DNA from: Balanoglossus misakiensis
Lineage: Eukaryota; Animalia; Hemichordata
Length of the DNA: 64,000 nt
Assembly: GCA_040954595.2 (NCBI GenBank)
Contig: CM082592.2
Location: 12,129,796-12,193,795 of the forward strand
Direction: 5' to 3'
Shown: one piece after another, positions 51,602-64,000 of the stretch
Numbering within the stretch: the first letter of the stretch is position 1
Layout: every line of letters starts with the position of its first letter
The notes under the pieces: model-generated
Database searches by the model: none
What the model saw: only the letters and a program-made list of their open reading frames with translations
What the model was told of the DNA's origin: nothing
Program-made: the position numbers and the translations under genes

Positions 51602-53357
51602 TTATACACTAGTATTGGTCGCGTGGGTGTTCGTGTGTTCGTGACGGATGTTTGCAAGGGCACGGTCCCAAGGGTCAACTATTTGTTTGAACTTCTTCTC
51701 TCCTATGTAAGCCATTTGAAAATAGAAGCTTGCGAAGCTGTACCTAAAAGAAAAACGAAGTGTACATCATGGACATTACTGTCTCGTTAGGTAAACACAT
51801 GACATCAATTTGAACAGACCAGTTGTAATCTGGCTACACTACCAAATTATACTTCTAGGTAACACTTTAGATGGTGTCAAAAAATTCGCATGCATGTCTA
51901 GTAAAATACACTTTTAGATCGTTTTAGGTACATCCTCAGTCCTTTGGTGACTATAGTACATCCAAGTAAAGCTTACCTCAATGCCGCTGTTAGAGACATG
52001 CACATAAAATCAAAGTACCACAGTAACCTATTTTTCTCCGTGGCATTGATAGTTGCGAATGAACCTGTGACATAGATCGTGTAAAGCAGGAATTCGACAA
52101 TATTCGTCATCCCAGCAAAAATCAGTAGTGTAATGTATAATTTGTACAATCCTGGGGGATTTGAATTGTGTCTATTATCATCCTGTTCATTTCCGAGATT
52201 GCGCAGTTGTTGATATCTGCAAGTATTCTGTTTCCTGACAACCATTGTCATGGCACCGCGTTCATTAAGCACCACTAGCCAGATAAACCACGCAGTCAGT
52301 CCTAAGGGGAGAATGGCATAGCGCAGCGCCCCTTCCCAGCGAACACCGACATCCAGAACGAAGACTATCGTGTGATACAAGTAAGATAGAAAAAGCATGA
52401 CAAGATATGTTGTAAACCAGTACTTTGTGAACAGCCTTCTAACTTTTGACAATTGCTGACGGACTTGACAACTGCAACAGTCGGAACCACTCAGTGTCGG
52501 GTTGAATGTGAACACCAGAACACTTATGACCACAAAAACACACACAAGGGGCTCTATTGTTTCTGTTATACTACGCATCTCGTCCAAAGTGGGAAATCTG
52601 GCCGACTCGATGTCACATACCGCTGTAGAAAATCCGTATTCTGTCAGGCAGTACAACGCAACTCCCGTGTTTAAAATCAACAGCAATGTCCCAATAACAA
52701 GTGAAGTAACAGTGACTGAAAACCACACCCGATATCGCCTGTGGAAACTGTAATGCGCGTGCTCTTCTTCATCATTTATGATTTCAGTGGGCCATGTGTT
52801 GTATATTGTGGCTTCTGCGTTGTTCAACAGGACATTTTCTCCGAAAACTGAAAAATCAACACAATTGACTCGAATATTCAATAATATCAAGGTATCAGCG
52901 CTAGCGTTAATGTTACACCAAGGAGTTTAGAGAGGAGAAACTTACTTCTTGGACGGTACAATCTGGGATGATGCACACTTAAAATGATTTTGTCAAAGTG
53001 ATACTTTTGAATAATTCAGTTTATGCTTCATGAGCACTGAACAGGGACAATCCACATGATCTCGGGATCACGTGGATTGTGCCTCTAGTGACCTTCATCT
53101 GTTCACTAACCCCTGAGCCCTTATAAATAGAGATACATTTGGGAGCGTCATTAGAAACTTAGGCCTGTACAGTTTAAAAGTTACTGCCAAGACTATCCTT
53201 TGAGGTGATGTCCTTATATACAGTACTATTGGCAATTGCAGTGATAAATGGTCATATGATTAGTGTGAGAAAAATTTCATCTAAACTTACTAAGGCTTGT
53301 GTCAGTGTCTGGAATCGAAACATAGTCTCTTGGCTTCTTACCTTGGTTTCGAGACAT
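51602..53357 (-). CDS. Uncharacterised multipass membrane protein (~6-7 hydrophobic segments)
   Basis: Large exon 51977-52847 (within the 305-aa ORF) with acceptor ttttcag and donor gtaag. Last exon 51602-51743 (RYSFASFYFQMAYIGEKKF...*). Probable first exon 53342-53357 (MSRNQ, phase 1); 5' end uncertain. Confidence 0.7.
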
Positions 53358-54095
53358 GATATAGGCCTAATAAGCTTACATTCGTCTCACAAAGAACCAG
53401 CGACTAATATTCGAGTCTATTATTGGCCGGAGTTTCATATGACGCGTGGAGGTTTAGCGAATGTACAAGAGTCACGCCTAAGGTCAAAGGTAATCTGTCC
53501 CCAGTGTCTGTTTATTCGATATCCTGCTTGAGTTACGTACATGTACTGAACATGCTGAAGGACAGTATGACATGGTAGTTCTGCTTGAGACGATAGATCC
53601 TCCGATGTCTATGGGTAGACAGACTGTCTCCGAGACTATCGGTTGAGCAATGACAACATTTTTTTTAGCGTACGTATTGTTATTTCTCTCTGTCTCTCGC
53701 TCTCCCCCTTCTTGTTCGGGGAATTGTTCAGTTCAGTTCAGGGAATAGATATCCTTCCGGATAATGAAACATCCCTCCTGGTAAACATATGCTAGTGGAC
53801 TTGGGAATTTAAAATCTCCAGACGAATAAAACAAAAACAAAATTCAAAAATCCCCACGTTCAAGGTTTTGACTGGCCGATGTGAGCATTTAGTGTATTTT
53901 GTGCATGTGTTTAGCCTGGCATGGAGGGTACTGGTCAAGAATACAGACTCATGTATGTTTTTTCGCCTTGTGTTGAGCGAGCAAGCGAGGGGTTCGAGTC
54001 TTATGATTGTTCCCGTTTCTGCCACTGGCGGCGCTACATCAAGGCCACAGTTCGCCCAGCGGTGTCAAAGTTCAGAGTTAAAATGTGACTGCCGC

Positions 54096-54113
54096 CGCGC
54101 CGGGAAATTCAAA
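54096..54113. promoter_or_regulatory. E2F site with adjacent CHR (cgcgccgggaaa-ttcaaa) in the RAD51C promoter/5'UTR
   Basis: Minus strand reads TTTGAA TTTCCCGGC, 30 bp upstream of the ATG; typical of cell-cycle and repair genes. Confidence 0.5.
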
Positions 54114-54143
54114 ATTGTCGATATTTTCACCAGTTTCATTGAA

Positions 54144-57100
54144 ATGCAACGAGATATTGCCACATTTCCGTTTCCACCATGTTGGAAAATGAAACTACTT
54201 GAAGCAGGATTCCAGACAGCGGCGGATTTACTGGAATTGTCGCCAATCGATCTCAGTAAAGGTTTGGTACTACACCGTCAAGCTGCAGTTCAGTAGCTCG
54301 AGCTGCAATTGTAGTGGGTGCTACAATCATTGCAGCTACAGTAGCTCGAGCTTAGTTTTGCCTTGGTTTGCTGGTTTTGCCGCCTAACACCCAAACCAAC
54401 GCAAAACCTCGAGCTACTGAGCTGCAGCGTACTTGCTGCGATTCCGAAGCCCTACGACTTCCCCGTCTGTAGGTTATTGGGGGAACAACCTAATACTGAC
54501 GGGGGGGGGGGGGGGGGGGGGGGGGGGTTTAGGCCATATTACTAACTATCTGTCTGTAAATTTATCTAAGTATATATCTATCTACTTTACATGATTGATG
54601 TATATCTATCTGATCATGTATTTACTATTTATGCATGTGTGTACTTGAGTGTAACTCTTATTATGATCAATATTGTTGTTTCAGAGATTAGTGTCAGCAA
54701 AGAGGAAGCCCTTGAAATTTTGCAACTGGTGAAATACAATAACCATGATGGTGATGTACGTGGTGCAGGTCCAGTTGGATGTATACCATCACATATCGGA
54801 CCCAAATCTGCTTTGGAAAAACTGAAAGAGGAAAACAAATTGACAAGTGTAGTAACATTTTGTGAAGAGTTAGATGACATCCTTGGTGGTGGTGTTCCTC
54901 TGACAAAGATAACAGAATTTTGCGGTGTTCCAGGAATTGGCAAAACTCAACTTGGGTGAGTTAATTTGCAATGGGTTGGAGTGTAGGAATGAGGGGTATT
55001 TGGTCAGGAGTACAGAGCATCCCATTTGATAACACTGGGTGCTAAATGTTCAATCTTTGAAAAGTGTATTTAGGTGGGCAACTGTAGTGTAATTCAAAAT
55101 TCTCTGAAAATGACATCAGATTTGTCTTTATTTCACATATTTATAAGGAAAAAGTCTGGCCATAGAAACTTAAATACCATAGTGAGTTTACATTACCGTA
55201 TTTTACTGTACCAGTATTACCTATTAGAAGAGACCTCTGTATAACCATCCCCATCCTAGCTTGAAATGCTTTGGTGAGAGATTTTTTATATTTTATGTCA
55301 GAATTCAATTAGCTGTAGATGTGCAGATTCCAGCTGTATTTGGAGGCTGTGAGGGAGAAGTTTTGTACATTGATACTGAGGGCAGTTTTATGGTTGATAG
55401 AGTCATAGACATTGCCCAAGGCACAGTGAAACATTGCCAACATCTCACTGAAATTGAAAAAAATGCAGGTAATGTAACATTTACTTTTGTATAACACACT
55501 TCATCCGTAATGTGTGTTGTAATTTGCCAATGTGCTGTCACATGGGATGAATCAATTTGACACTGTTATATAAAGAGCTAGAGGAAATACCAGTTTTTGA
55601 ACTTTTACCTTAACAGTTCCAAAAACTGTCTCTGGCTAATTTTGAAAGCATCATCTATACATGCATACTCCAGTAAATCTAAACCAAGTTGGTAAGGTTG
55701 TTTGTGACTAACTTGATGACAGCAGAGAAATTTCCTGATTTGTGCTACTTTCGAATGAGGTGTGTTGTAATACACATATCGACTTGATTGTATTAATACT
55801 AGATTCTTCTGAATGCTCTCTTACAGAACAAAAAGAAGCCATGGCTAAATTTACTGTGGAAAGTATTTTGTCCAAGATTTATTTATACCGTTGCAGTGAC
55901 TACATACAACTGTTAGCAACCATCACTTTAATGCCAGAATTCCTACAAATCCACAAGGTAGGCAATATCTGATTATGCATGTACCCACTTTTACACTTAG
56001 CCATGTGTTTTCTAGCAAGTGTGAATCCCAACTAATGGTTCAGTTCCTTCTTGCATGTAGCACGTCATGTGTTCCCTATGTCTTTAGATGTTGCATTACA
56101 CACAAATATGTAGAGAAATGCATAGACAGACTAAAATAGTCATGCATTAGAGTTTTGCTGGAAAGGTGTTTTATTTTTAACAAAAGAAATTGAGGGAATT
56201 TTGTATGCATTCATCTAATCAGAGACTTCCTTCTTCTTTTCACTCAGGTTAAGCTGGTTGTGATAGACAGTGTTGCCTTCCATTTTCGAAACAATTTCGA
56301 TGACATGGCCTTGCGAACCCGAATATTGAATGGTTTGGCCCAGAATCTGATTAAAATGGCCACCCAGTTCCAGTTAGCAGTAAGTTAACTAAATTACATT
56401 CTTTGGTTGTTGCTGTCATTAGATTTTTCAAAAACCTACCAGCCAGCTGCAAAGGTTTGGTGTTGACAAAATTTCTTTTATGTCTGAAATATGGGGCAAT
56501 AGGTCTATATGGAAGGAAATACTAGTATACTATAGAAAAGAACCCCCTTGACACACCACACTTATTTCAAGATCCTTTTGATACATTTAGTGTGATGTGT
56601 GATTTCATCTGATAGGTTGTCTTGACTAATCAGATGACAACAAAGATGAGCTCAGAGGTTGGAGGTCAGTCTCATTTGATGCCAGCATTGGGAGAGAGTT
56701 GGGGTCATGCCAGTACAATTAGGGTTATTTTATTTTGGCAGAACAACCAAAGGTAAGAAAATTATCATATCTTTGCTCTGATAACCTTAAGAATTATACT
56801 GTTGGTGAACATGTATTGTAATTACAATCAGCAGATTACAATTCATTGTCAAAAGCCTTTATGTAATTTTAAATGACATCCTTTGTTCCATACAGGCTAA
56901 TGTTATTTAGCTACTGTACAATGACTTTGTAACAAGCTTTTCCTTTGCTCCTCATGAAAAAATCAACCCAGTCTATCACCAAATTTGTAATTATTTCAAG
57001 TTCAAGATCATCTTTCATCAGGTGACAGTGACAACACAGAAGTGTCAGGCCACAATCTGGGGATGCTGGTTTAGGCTTTATACTTCTCTGATGGCAGTAT

Positions 57101-57519
57101 ATTTGCTCAAACATGTATTAACTACATTTTATTTAATCATCAGATTTGCTAGATTGTATAAATCACCTTCAAGAAAAGAAGTCACTGTTCCATATCAGAT
57201 AACTGTAAGTGAAACTGTCAGAGCTTTGAAGCTTGCAAACTTTTAGGAATAAGTATAACAAAAGCCTTGAATTGTTTATCTTAGACAAAAGCATTAAACC
57301 ATGGTCATGTTCAGTCAACCCTATTTATTTAACGCAACACTTTTGTTTGCTGCCTGTTAGATGGATGGTATACGCAGTGTCTGTATAGAGTCATCAGTAG
57401 ACAATATAGCTGCACATCCAGTGACATCTGTTCATCATCTGGGTACTCACTGGAGTGAAGAACTCGCCGATACATATTCTTCAGAAAACCCCAGGAAAAG
57501 AGTTCGACCAGATGACTGA
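54144..57519 (+). CDS. RAD51C: DNA repair protein RAD51 homolog 3
   Basis: Exons 54144-54261, 54685-54955, 55302-55468, 55827-55957, 56248-56379, 56616-56752, 57144-57204, 57361-57519. Motifs: [40 protein letters not shown] (Walker A), [30 protein letters not shown] (Walker B), [17 protein letters not shown]-terminal RKR NLS. Confidence 0.97.
54282..54428. repeat. Palindromic (MITE-like) element in RAD51C intron 1
   Basis: gctgcagttcagtagctcgag (54282-54302) is inverted as ctcgagctactgagctgcagc (54408-54428); a second direct copy of cagtagctcgag lies inside. Confidence 0.65.
54501..54527 (+). repeat. poly-G tract (27 G), G-quadruplex capable
   Basis: Read directly; a shorter G run occurs in the RAD51C 3'UTR (~57564-57576). 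Confidence 0.9.
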
Positions 57520-59383
57520 GATGGTGTTGTTAGCATGGTTTATTTTCCAACTCGTCTTGCTGGAGGGGGGGGGGGGCAGTTCTGTATTTACTGTAGCACT
57601 ACTCTGGATCTCAGACTGACAGTAGCACAGTATAACATACGTGAATTTTACAAACTACAGCCATTAGTTTGTGCATATATGTTATGGAGTAAAGTTCAAG
57701 TTGAAAATTCAAAGTGTTGGCAGTTTTGTTGACTTTGTAAGCATTTGTCTAGATCAGGGTAGAATAAAACAATCCAGATGGCCAGGTTTAAATTGCGTTG
57801 AAAGGTGCAATTGACCCAGGGAGCTCATCAGACATCTTTTATTTGTAATGTGGAATTGTGGACATATAAATTGGTCTCAATTTGAGGTGATTTTATATCT
57901 TTTTATTTCTAAAATGCAATATTTTCAGAAATGTAAAATAAACTTCACTGTTCGTCAGTTTGATTTGCTAGCCATTGTATATTACCCATCCAATGCTACT
58001 ATTGCATGTAGGCGCATGTGACAAAGCAGATCACCAGAGCAGTTGGCATTTGTCATGTTTATGCCACTACTTATAATTATCAACAATATTTATAATATAA
58101 TATAAATATAGAGATACTGTTTGATGTTAAATTGGTAAATCGCAAAGTGTCATCACGCAATCTGGACTTGCAAGTTACGTTCAGTCAGTAGTATACAATG
58201 TACATGGTATAAGCGTCCGGTAACTAGGGTAACGTTGACCGCGAAATATGAACATGACATCACTTCTCGTTACGTTGACTCTCATGGCTCATGTGACCGT
58301 GACTTGACAAAAACTGTTGCACACGCATGCGCGTTGATCTTTATCATCTCAACGCACCTAATAGGTCCTCCACTGGTTGGTCAGGTTCATTTCACCCGAA
58401 CCGGTGTCTTATCGGCGTGCGCGTGCATGTTTGATTTCATGTAGGGCAGGTCAAGGTGTCGTTGACTGGATCAATCCCTAATATCTTTAGTTGCGATTTA
58501 TCTAATCGCACTTTGCAGCGAAGAACTGTGAGGCGATCTGATAGCGTGGTCTACTACCTGGCCTGCCATCTCGTGCCAAAGATCAACCGAAAAGGTAACA
58601 GTCCTAACACGTCCGACATACCTTCTAAGTGACGTAACTGTCTTTAGCACCACAGGAACAGAATTTCCTTTACGAAAGCAGAGTGTTGCAAGCGATGTTT
58701 ACTGTTAGCTTTGGAAACACAACGCTCATGTTCAGTTTTTGTCTTTGGCCGGACGCCAGCCACATGCCACAGCGTGTAGTTTACACAGCAATCGCGCCTA
58801 TTATATTTGTCAAGCAAACCCAAGGCATTGGTGGCAATGGATGTGCACACGTTTAGTGCCGAAACGACGTGTTACCACACAGGTTTTACATTGCACTCAT
58901 AAAACTTGGCAGTGGTACTGGTAATAATTACAACCTTATTCTGACAGTGACAGACACTCGGACAGCATTATATCACTGATGTAGGGTACGACGGCTTGTT
59001 TTACTTAAAACTAACGAAAGCATAACAGTGCTGTATTAAAGAGAATACCGCGCAGACCTTTTCTATCACTAAAGTGACACTTTTAAAGGTACACGGTCAC
59101 CTGCAATTTACATTGTCCATAAATGGCAAAAATAGTTGTAAAGAACAAATGGTGGCGCTCTTTTCTTTCGCGTGTGCCACCCCCTGAAAATCTGTGATTG
59201 GCTATATCTCAATTTGCTATGGTAACTGTAGTATGGTAACTGTAGCTAAATTTGCATAGGTGACCGTATAGCTACATGTGTGTCAGGGTGTGTAACATGT
59301 ATGTCATTTCATGATTTGTGTGCAATCATAATCAGGTGACTTCATTTTTTTTTTTATAGGACTTGTAGTATTAATCTACGAAG

Positions 59384-62300
59384 ATGGTTCGCGTTTACTA
59401 TACCTTACCAAAGCTTCGATACTGTTCTGTTGCAAGATTGATATTTTTTGCTGATGCAGTCACATGTGTTACACTATGGCTAGCAGGTAAACTTGGATAT
59501 CTGTTTTTTTTAACATCCACATTTTCTGCCAAACTGGAATGCATACAAAATTTACTGGCATAAACTTTATTGTTAAACTTATCAATGTATATCAATGCAG
59601 TCATATTGTATATGTCGATGAAATGAAATGTATGTTGCATTCTATTTATCATCCTTGAATGACCTGGCTGGTTTCCATGGTCTGATTTTGCATCAAATCT
59701 CAACTGTAGCCACCCTGCAATTTTTAAATGACATTATTGAACATTGATGACTTTTCATTGACATTTCAGGTGGAAATACTCATTACATGGAGGACATGAT
59801 AATACACTTCAAACTCATGGAATCCGTATTTGAGTTGGCATGCTTAGCTTTACTTAAACTATGTGTGCTGTTTTTTGTCTTCACCAAACTGGAAGATCTG
59901 GCAATGGATGAGATAGAAGATCCTTACAACCCAAAGTTGAAGAGAAAAAAAGCTGTGATGCATGCACTAACTATGCTGTTAACGTTACTTAGTCTGGGCT
60001 ATACCACAACTAAAGGAGTACTTGTATTGGTCAACAAAACATACAACAATGAAGAGATGCATGCAACATACATTGCTTGCTGTATTGCTGCATTTTCATT
60101 CTCGCTGATAGAGTTCATAATCTGCCTGCTTTATCCGTTATTTCTGAGGCGGTTGAAAGTATTTAGAATTAAACATGAACTCACAGACGTTGGAGTGGAG
60201 ATACAACAAGGTCATGATGGTCAACCTATACAGAAGAAAGTCAATCTGGCCCGAGTTTTAAAACTTGCCAAACCTGTGAGTAGACATTTTGCCATTATAT
60301 CATAGCTATGTTAGTTATATTTACGAAAAGAATGCAATACAAATACTAAGTTCGTTTTCCTTTAATCCAAAATCATTGAGAGGAAAAAGTGAAGTCTTTG
60401 AAATTATCCCTTAACACCTATATAAGGCTGGACTTGTTTAAAGAGAAATTACAGTGAATTGCAAGCAAGTTTTTATACCATTTACCAAAAATTAAAGGGA
60501 AGTAGCCACTACACTTAGACTACTCCAAAAATTATAATTGTGCATGACTGTTAATATTGTTTTGTTTCTCAACTATACCACAGGAAATCGCATTAATATC
60601 TATAGGTATGTTGGCACTCATCGTTGCAAGCCTTGCCAACATGGCAACACCACTGTTTTTTGGATATGTCATAAATGCAGCGGTAAATAAGTCTTCTGGA
60701 GGAACTATGGGTAGGTACAAATTTATAGATCCAATTATATCAAATTTGTCAGTTTTTTGCCATCGATGAAGAACCAGCATTGATCAGCTAGCTTTTAAGA
60801 TTCTAGAGATGTATTGAATGGTACAATGTGTATGTCAGATTTTATCATATTGTGAACTGATGATAATATTTGTTGTCCTCTTTGTCCAAATGTTAACTTT
60901 AAGCTTTGATACATGTGCTTGATATATTTGACAGCCCTCATGTGCAGCTTATTATCACAGAAGATCTGTAGCAACCACTGGTTTACTTCTTTTATTTGGA
61001 CAACAAATGATGTTCTAACTGGAATTTTTATTTTAATTGAACCACAGGTGATGTCAACAGGCAAATTATTATATTCTGTTTAATTGGGTTTGTTGGATCC
61101 ATAGCAGCACTGCTCAGATCTTGGCTGTTCACTTTAGCTGGTATCAGAGTGGTGTGTCGTATACGCAGAGATCTCTTTGCTGCAATAATCAGGCAGGAAG
61201 TGGGATTCTTTGATACTAATAGAACTGGAGAATTAACAAATAGATTGTCGTCAGATACTCAAGTTATCCAAAATGCAATTACCGTAAGTATGTTTATTCT
61301 TGTGTGTCTATGTTTGTGTGTGCTGAGTTTGTGATGTATCCCCATGCACTGTAGGGAGAGATTGACATGTCATGAATCAGGCTTATTTTTAGCTCTGCTT
61401 TCAGCAATACAGCTTATCAGATTGTCTGTCTGTCTGTCTGTCTGTCCATCCATCCATCAATTTGTTAAGAACATATGTTAATCAGTTTCAGTTATTATTA
61501 GTTGTGGGATTTCTAGCATTAGATTGTCCTTTCATATAAAGATTGTAATAAAATTTGGAATATAATCTGATTATAAAGTATGATCACATTATGCTGTCTG
61601 CTCACACCACAATAATTATATTTGATATATTCATCACATTTAATTTTAGGTAAACATATCTATGTTGGTCAGGTACATTCTTCAAATCGTCGGATCATTA
61701 GTCATTATGTTTAAATTAAGTCCTTCTCTGACTGGTGTACTCTTGTCATGTGTACCAATTGTGGCCATAGGAGCTGTGCAGTATGGTGAGTTGATTGCTG
61801 CAGAAATAATAGAGATTTTAACTATTAATGTTACTAGTGTTAGTAGACCATATTTGTTATGCATTTGAACAAGTATTGCCAAACTGTCAATTTCTAATAA
61901 GGTAAGCACCATCAACATGTCTTCACTTTGTATATCAAATGTAAGTCTCTTTACCTCTGCCTCTCTCAACTTCTCTCTTCCGTGCTCACTACCTCTTCCC
62001 TCTATACATTACAGGCAAATTTATACAAAGGGTACAGAAAAAATTTCAGGATGAATTGGCTGCTGCTGGAACAACTGCAGAAGAGAACATATCCAACATT
62101 CGTACCGTTAGATCATTCTGTGGAGAGGGTAAAGCCAATCACCTATATGATGAAGACATTGGTAGAAGTTACCAAGAAGGCAAAAAGTTGGCTGGAGCAC
62201 AGGGATTGTTTAATGGTCTGATAGGCATTGTATCTCAGGGTTCTATAGCATTAGTATTATGGTATGGTGCCAAACTTGTGTTTGAAGGGCATATCTCAAT

Positions 62301-64000
62301 CGGCACAATGACATGTAAGTATACTAGTGTATGTTGGAATTTCATTGTTGAAAGATGCTCACAAACAAAATTGGGTAGTGACTGTTACTGAAATGCCATT
62401 TTGTGAAACATTGCAATATCCATTGGATTTCACTTTGTAATGTAGGAAAAATTGCATTTACTCATTTTGTCATCTTAGCATGAATATACAGGAATTGTAA
62501 TACAGAAAAATGATTCTAAAATTCCTCTAGATTATTCTTATCAGTTCTTAGTCTCTACTGGAATATGCTGAATCAGAGGTTTAAAATGTATTGTGTGAAA
62601 CTTGAGTCAAATCTGGCCTATATTGTCTTATGTCTCCAACTGTCTACTTTTAGCAATTGTTTTTGCCATTTTCCTTAATTTTGGTTAGATTATCTAGTCT
62701 GGATCCAGTTGCCTCATTGATTTGAAATTAGCATCAGTTTTCTGTAATAATCTTTTTTCTTTTCTGTTTTCAGCCTTTATGTTTTATACTCTGAATGTTG
62801 CCATGGCATTTGCATTTTTGTCAGCTTTATATGGGGATTTCATGAAAGCAGTTGGAGCATCTCAGCGTATGTTTGAGTTAATGGACAGAGTTCCAGAAGT
62901 GAACAATGAAGGAGGAACCGTCCTGGATGAGTTTCCGTGTGACATGCGGTTAGAACATATTAGTTTCACATATCCCTCCAGACCTGATAGCAAGGTCATA
63001 AAGGTGAGAACTGGAGTGGAGGATTTCTTTATCAGTTAGATCTAAGTCAGTCTTATCTAACTACTTTGATGCAAAACTTTTACAACTTTTGACAGTCCAG
63101 TTTTCAATGAGAAAATCCATATGGAGTTATACTGTACATATGAAATCATCAGAGAGGTAAAATTTCTATAGAAGTTTAGTGTATCTACTGTGTTGTATGT
63201 TGTAACTGAAGATTCTGGAGAAGTCCGTGAAATTTGTGAAATTAATTCTTATTTAATGTACACACTATAACAAAATCTTGATTGTGAAAACCTTATGACA
63301 AATATACTACAGAATCAGGCATAGTAAATGCTTTCATTTCTGTGTTAGGACGTGAGTTTCTGGATGAAAACTGGCAGTGTAGTAGCTCTGGTTGGTCCGT
63401 CTGGTGGTGGTAAATCAACAATTGTTAGTCTCATTGAGAAGTTCTACATACCAGATACAGGTGCCATTAAACTTGGTAAGTTGATCAGCTAAAGACAGGA
63501 TGCAATCAACAAAGTACTTTCTCAGGGACAGATATTCAGAAACATTCTAGTCCTTCAAACCCTGCTATATGAAAGAGTGTAAATAGAAGAAAATGTTTTC
63601 ACTATTATAGTTTCAAACTAAAGTTATGTCATGTTGTTAGAATTTGTAATATGCTCTGTGTTGTGTACATTGATAAGGCAATACATTGTGGACATATATT
63701 GCTTCAAAGGTGCAATTTAGAGACAGTACCGGTAGGTGTAAAATCGGAGGATATTCTGTGAAAGGAGAAAATGCAGAAAATGATGACAACTTGAATACAC
63801 TGATATACAATATGTCTACTCATATAGGCATTACAATTTAAATGTTGTTTTCACTATTTCCCATGATAGGTGACCATGACATGAAAAGTCTAGACCCATC
63901 TTGGTTCCGTAAGAAAATGGCAATGGTTGGACAGGAGCCAGTCTTGTTTGCATCTTCCATTAAAGATAACATAACATATGGCCGGAATGCAACTGATCAA
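59384..64000 (+). CDS. ABCB-family half transporter with N-terminal TMD0 (TAP-like; ABCB9/ABCB10-related), 3' end beyond the window
   Basis: Exons 59384-59486, 59770-60275, 60584-60710, 61048-61283, 61650-61785, 62015-62314, 62774-63003, 63349-63475, 63870-end. Motifs: LARVLKLAKPE, QEVGFFDTNRTGELTNRLSSDT, EENISNIRTVRSF, AVGASQRMFELMDR, FTYPSRPD, Walker A GPSGGGKST, Q-loop VGQEPVLF. Confidence 0.93.

Noticed and set aside
53047-53080. 15-bp-arm palindrome acaatccacatgatc/gatcacgtggattgt
   Set aside because: Isolated short intronic hairpin with no supporting context.

Overview
Eukaryotic, intron-rich animal genomic DNA. The gene set, mosaic CpG pattern and repeats suggest a marine invertebrate, possibly a deuterostome (inference). 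Bases 1-~20,340 are one tandem array of an 87-bp A/T-tract, dyad-rich satellite (~230 monomers) with higher-order repeats and a diverged edge; its long ORFs are artefacts of the 87 = 29x3 unit. A compact gene-dense block follows: NIPSNAP (-), CFAP73/CCDC42 family (+, head-to-head with NIPSNAP), LEMD3/MAN1 (-), a putative small membrane-protein gene with an in-frame TGA (+), a STARD4/5/6-like START gene (+), an uncharacterised multipass membrane protein (-), RAD51C (+) and the 5' part of a TMD0-bearing ABCB half-transporter (+). The most notable structure is at NIPSNAP: two duplicated 95-nt exons that must be mutually exclusive, separated by an intron that can adopt two competing RNA folds, plus two alternative first exons (different mitochondrial presequences) and a probable alternative last exon. 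All exon calls were made by eye from splice signals, phase compatibility and remembered family motifs; no database search was run.
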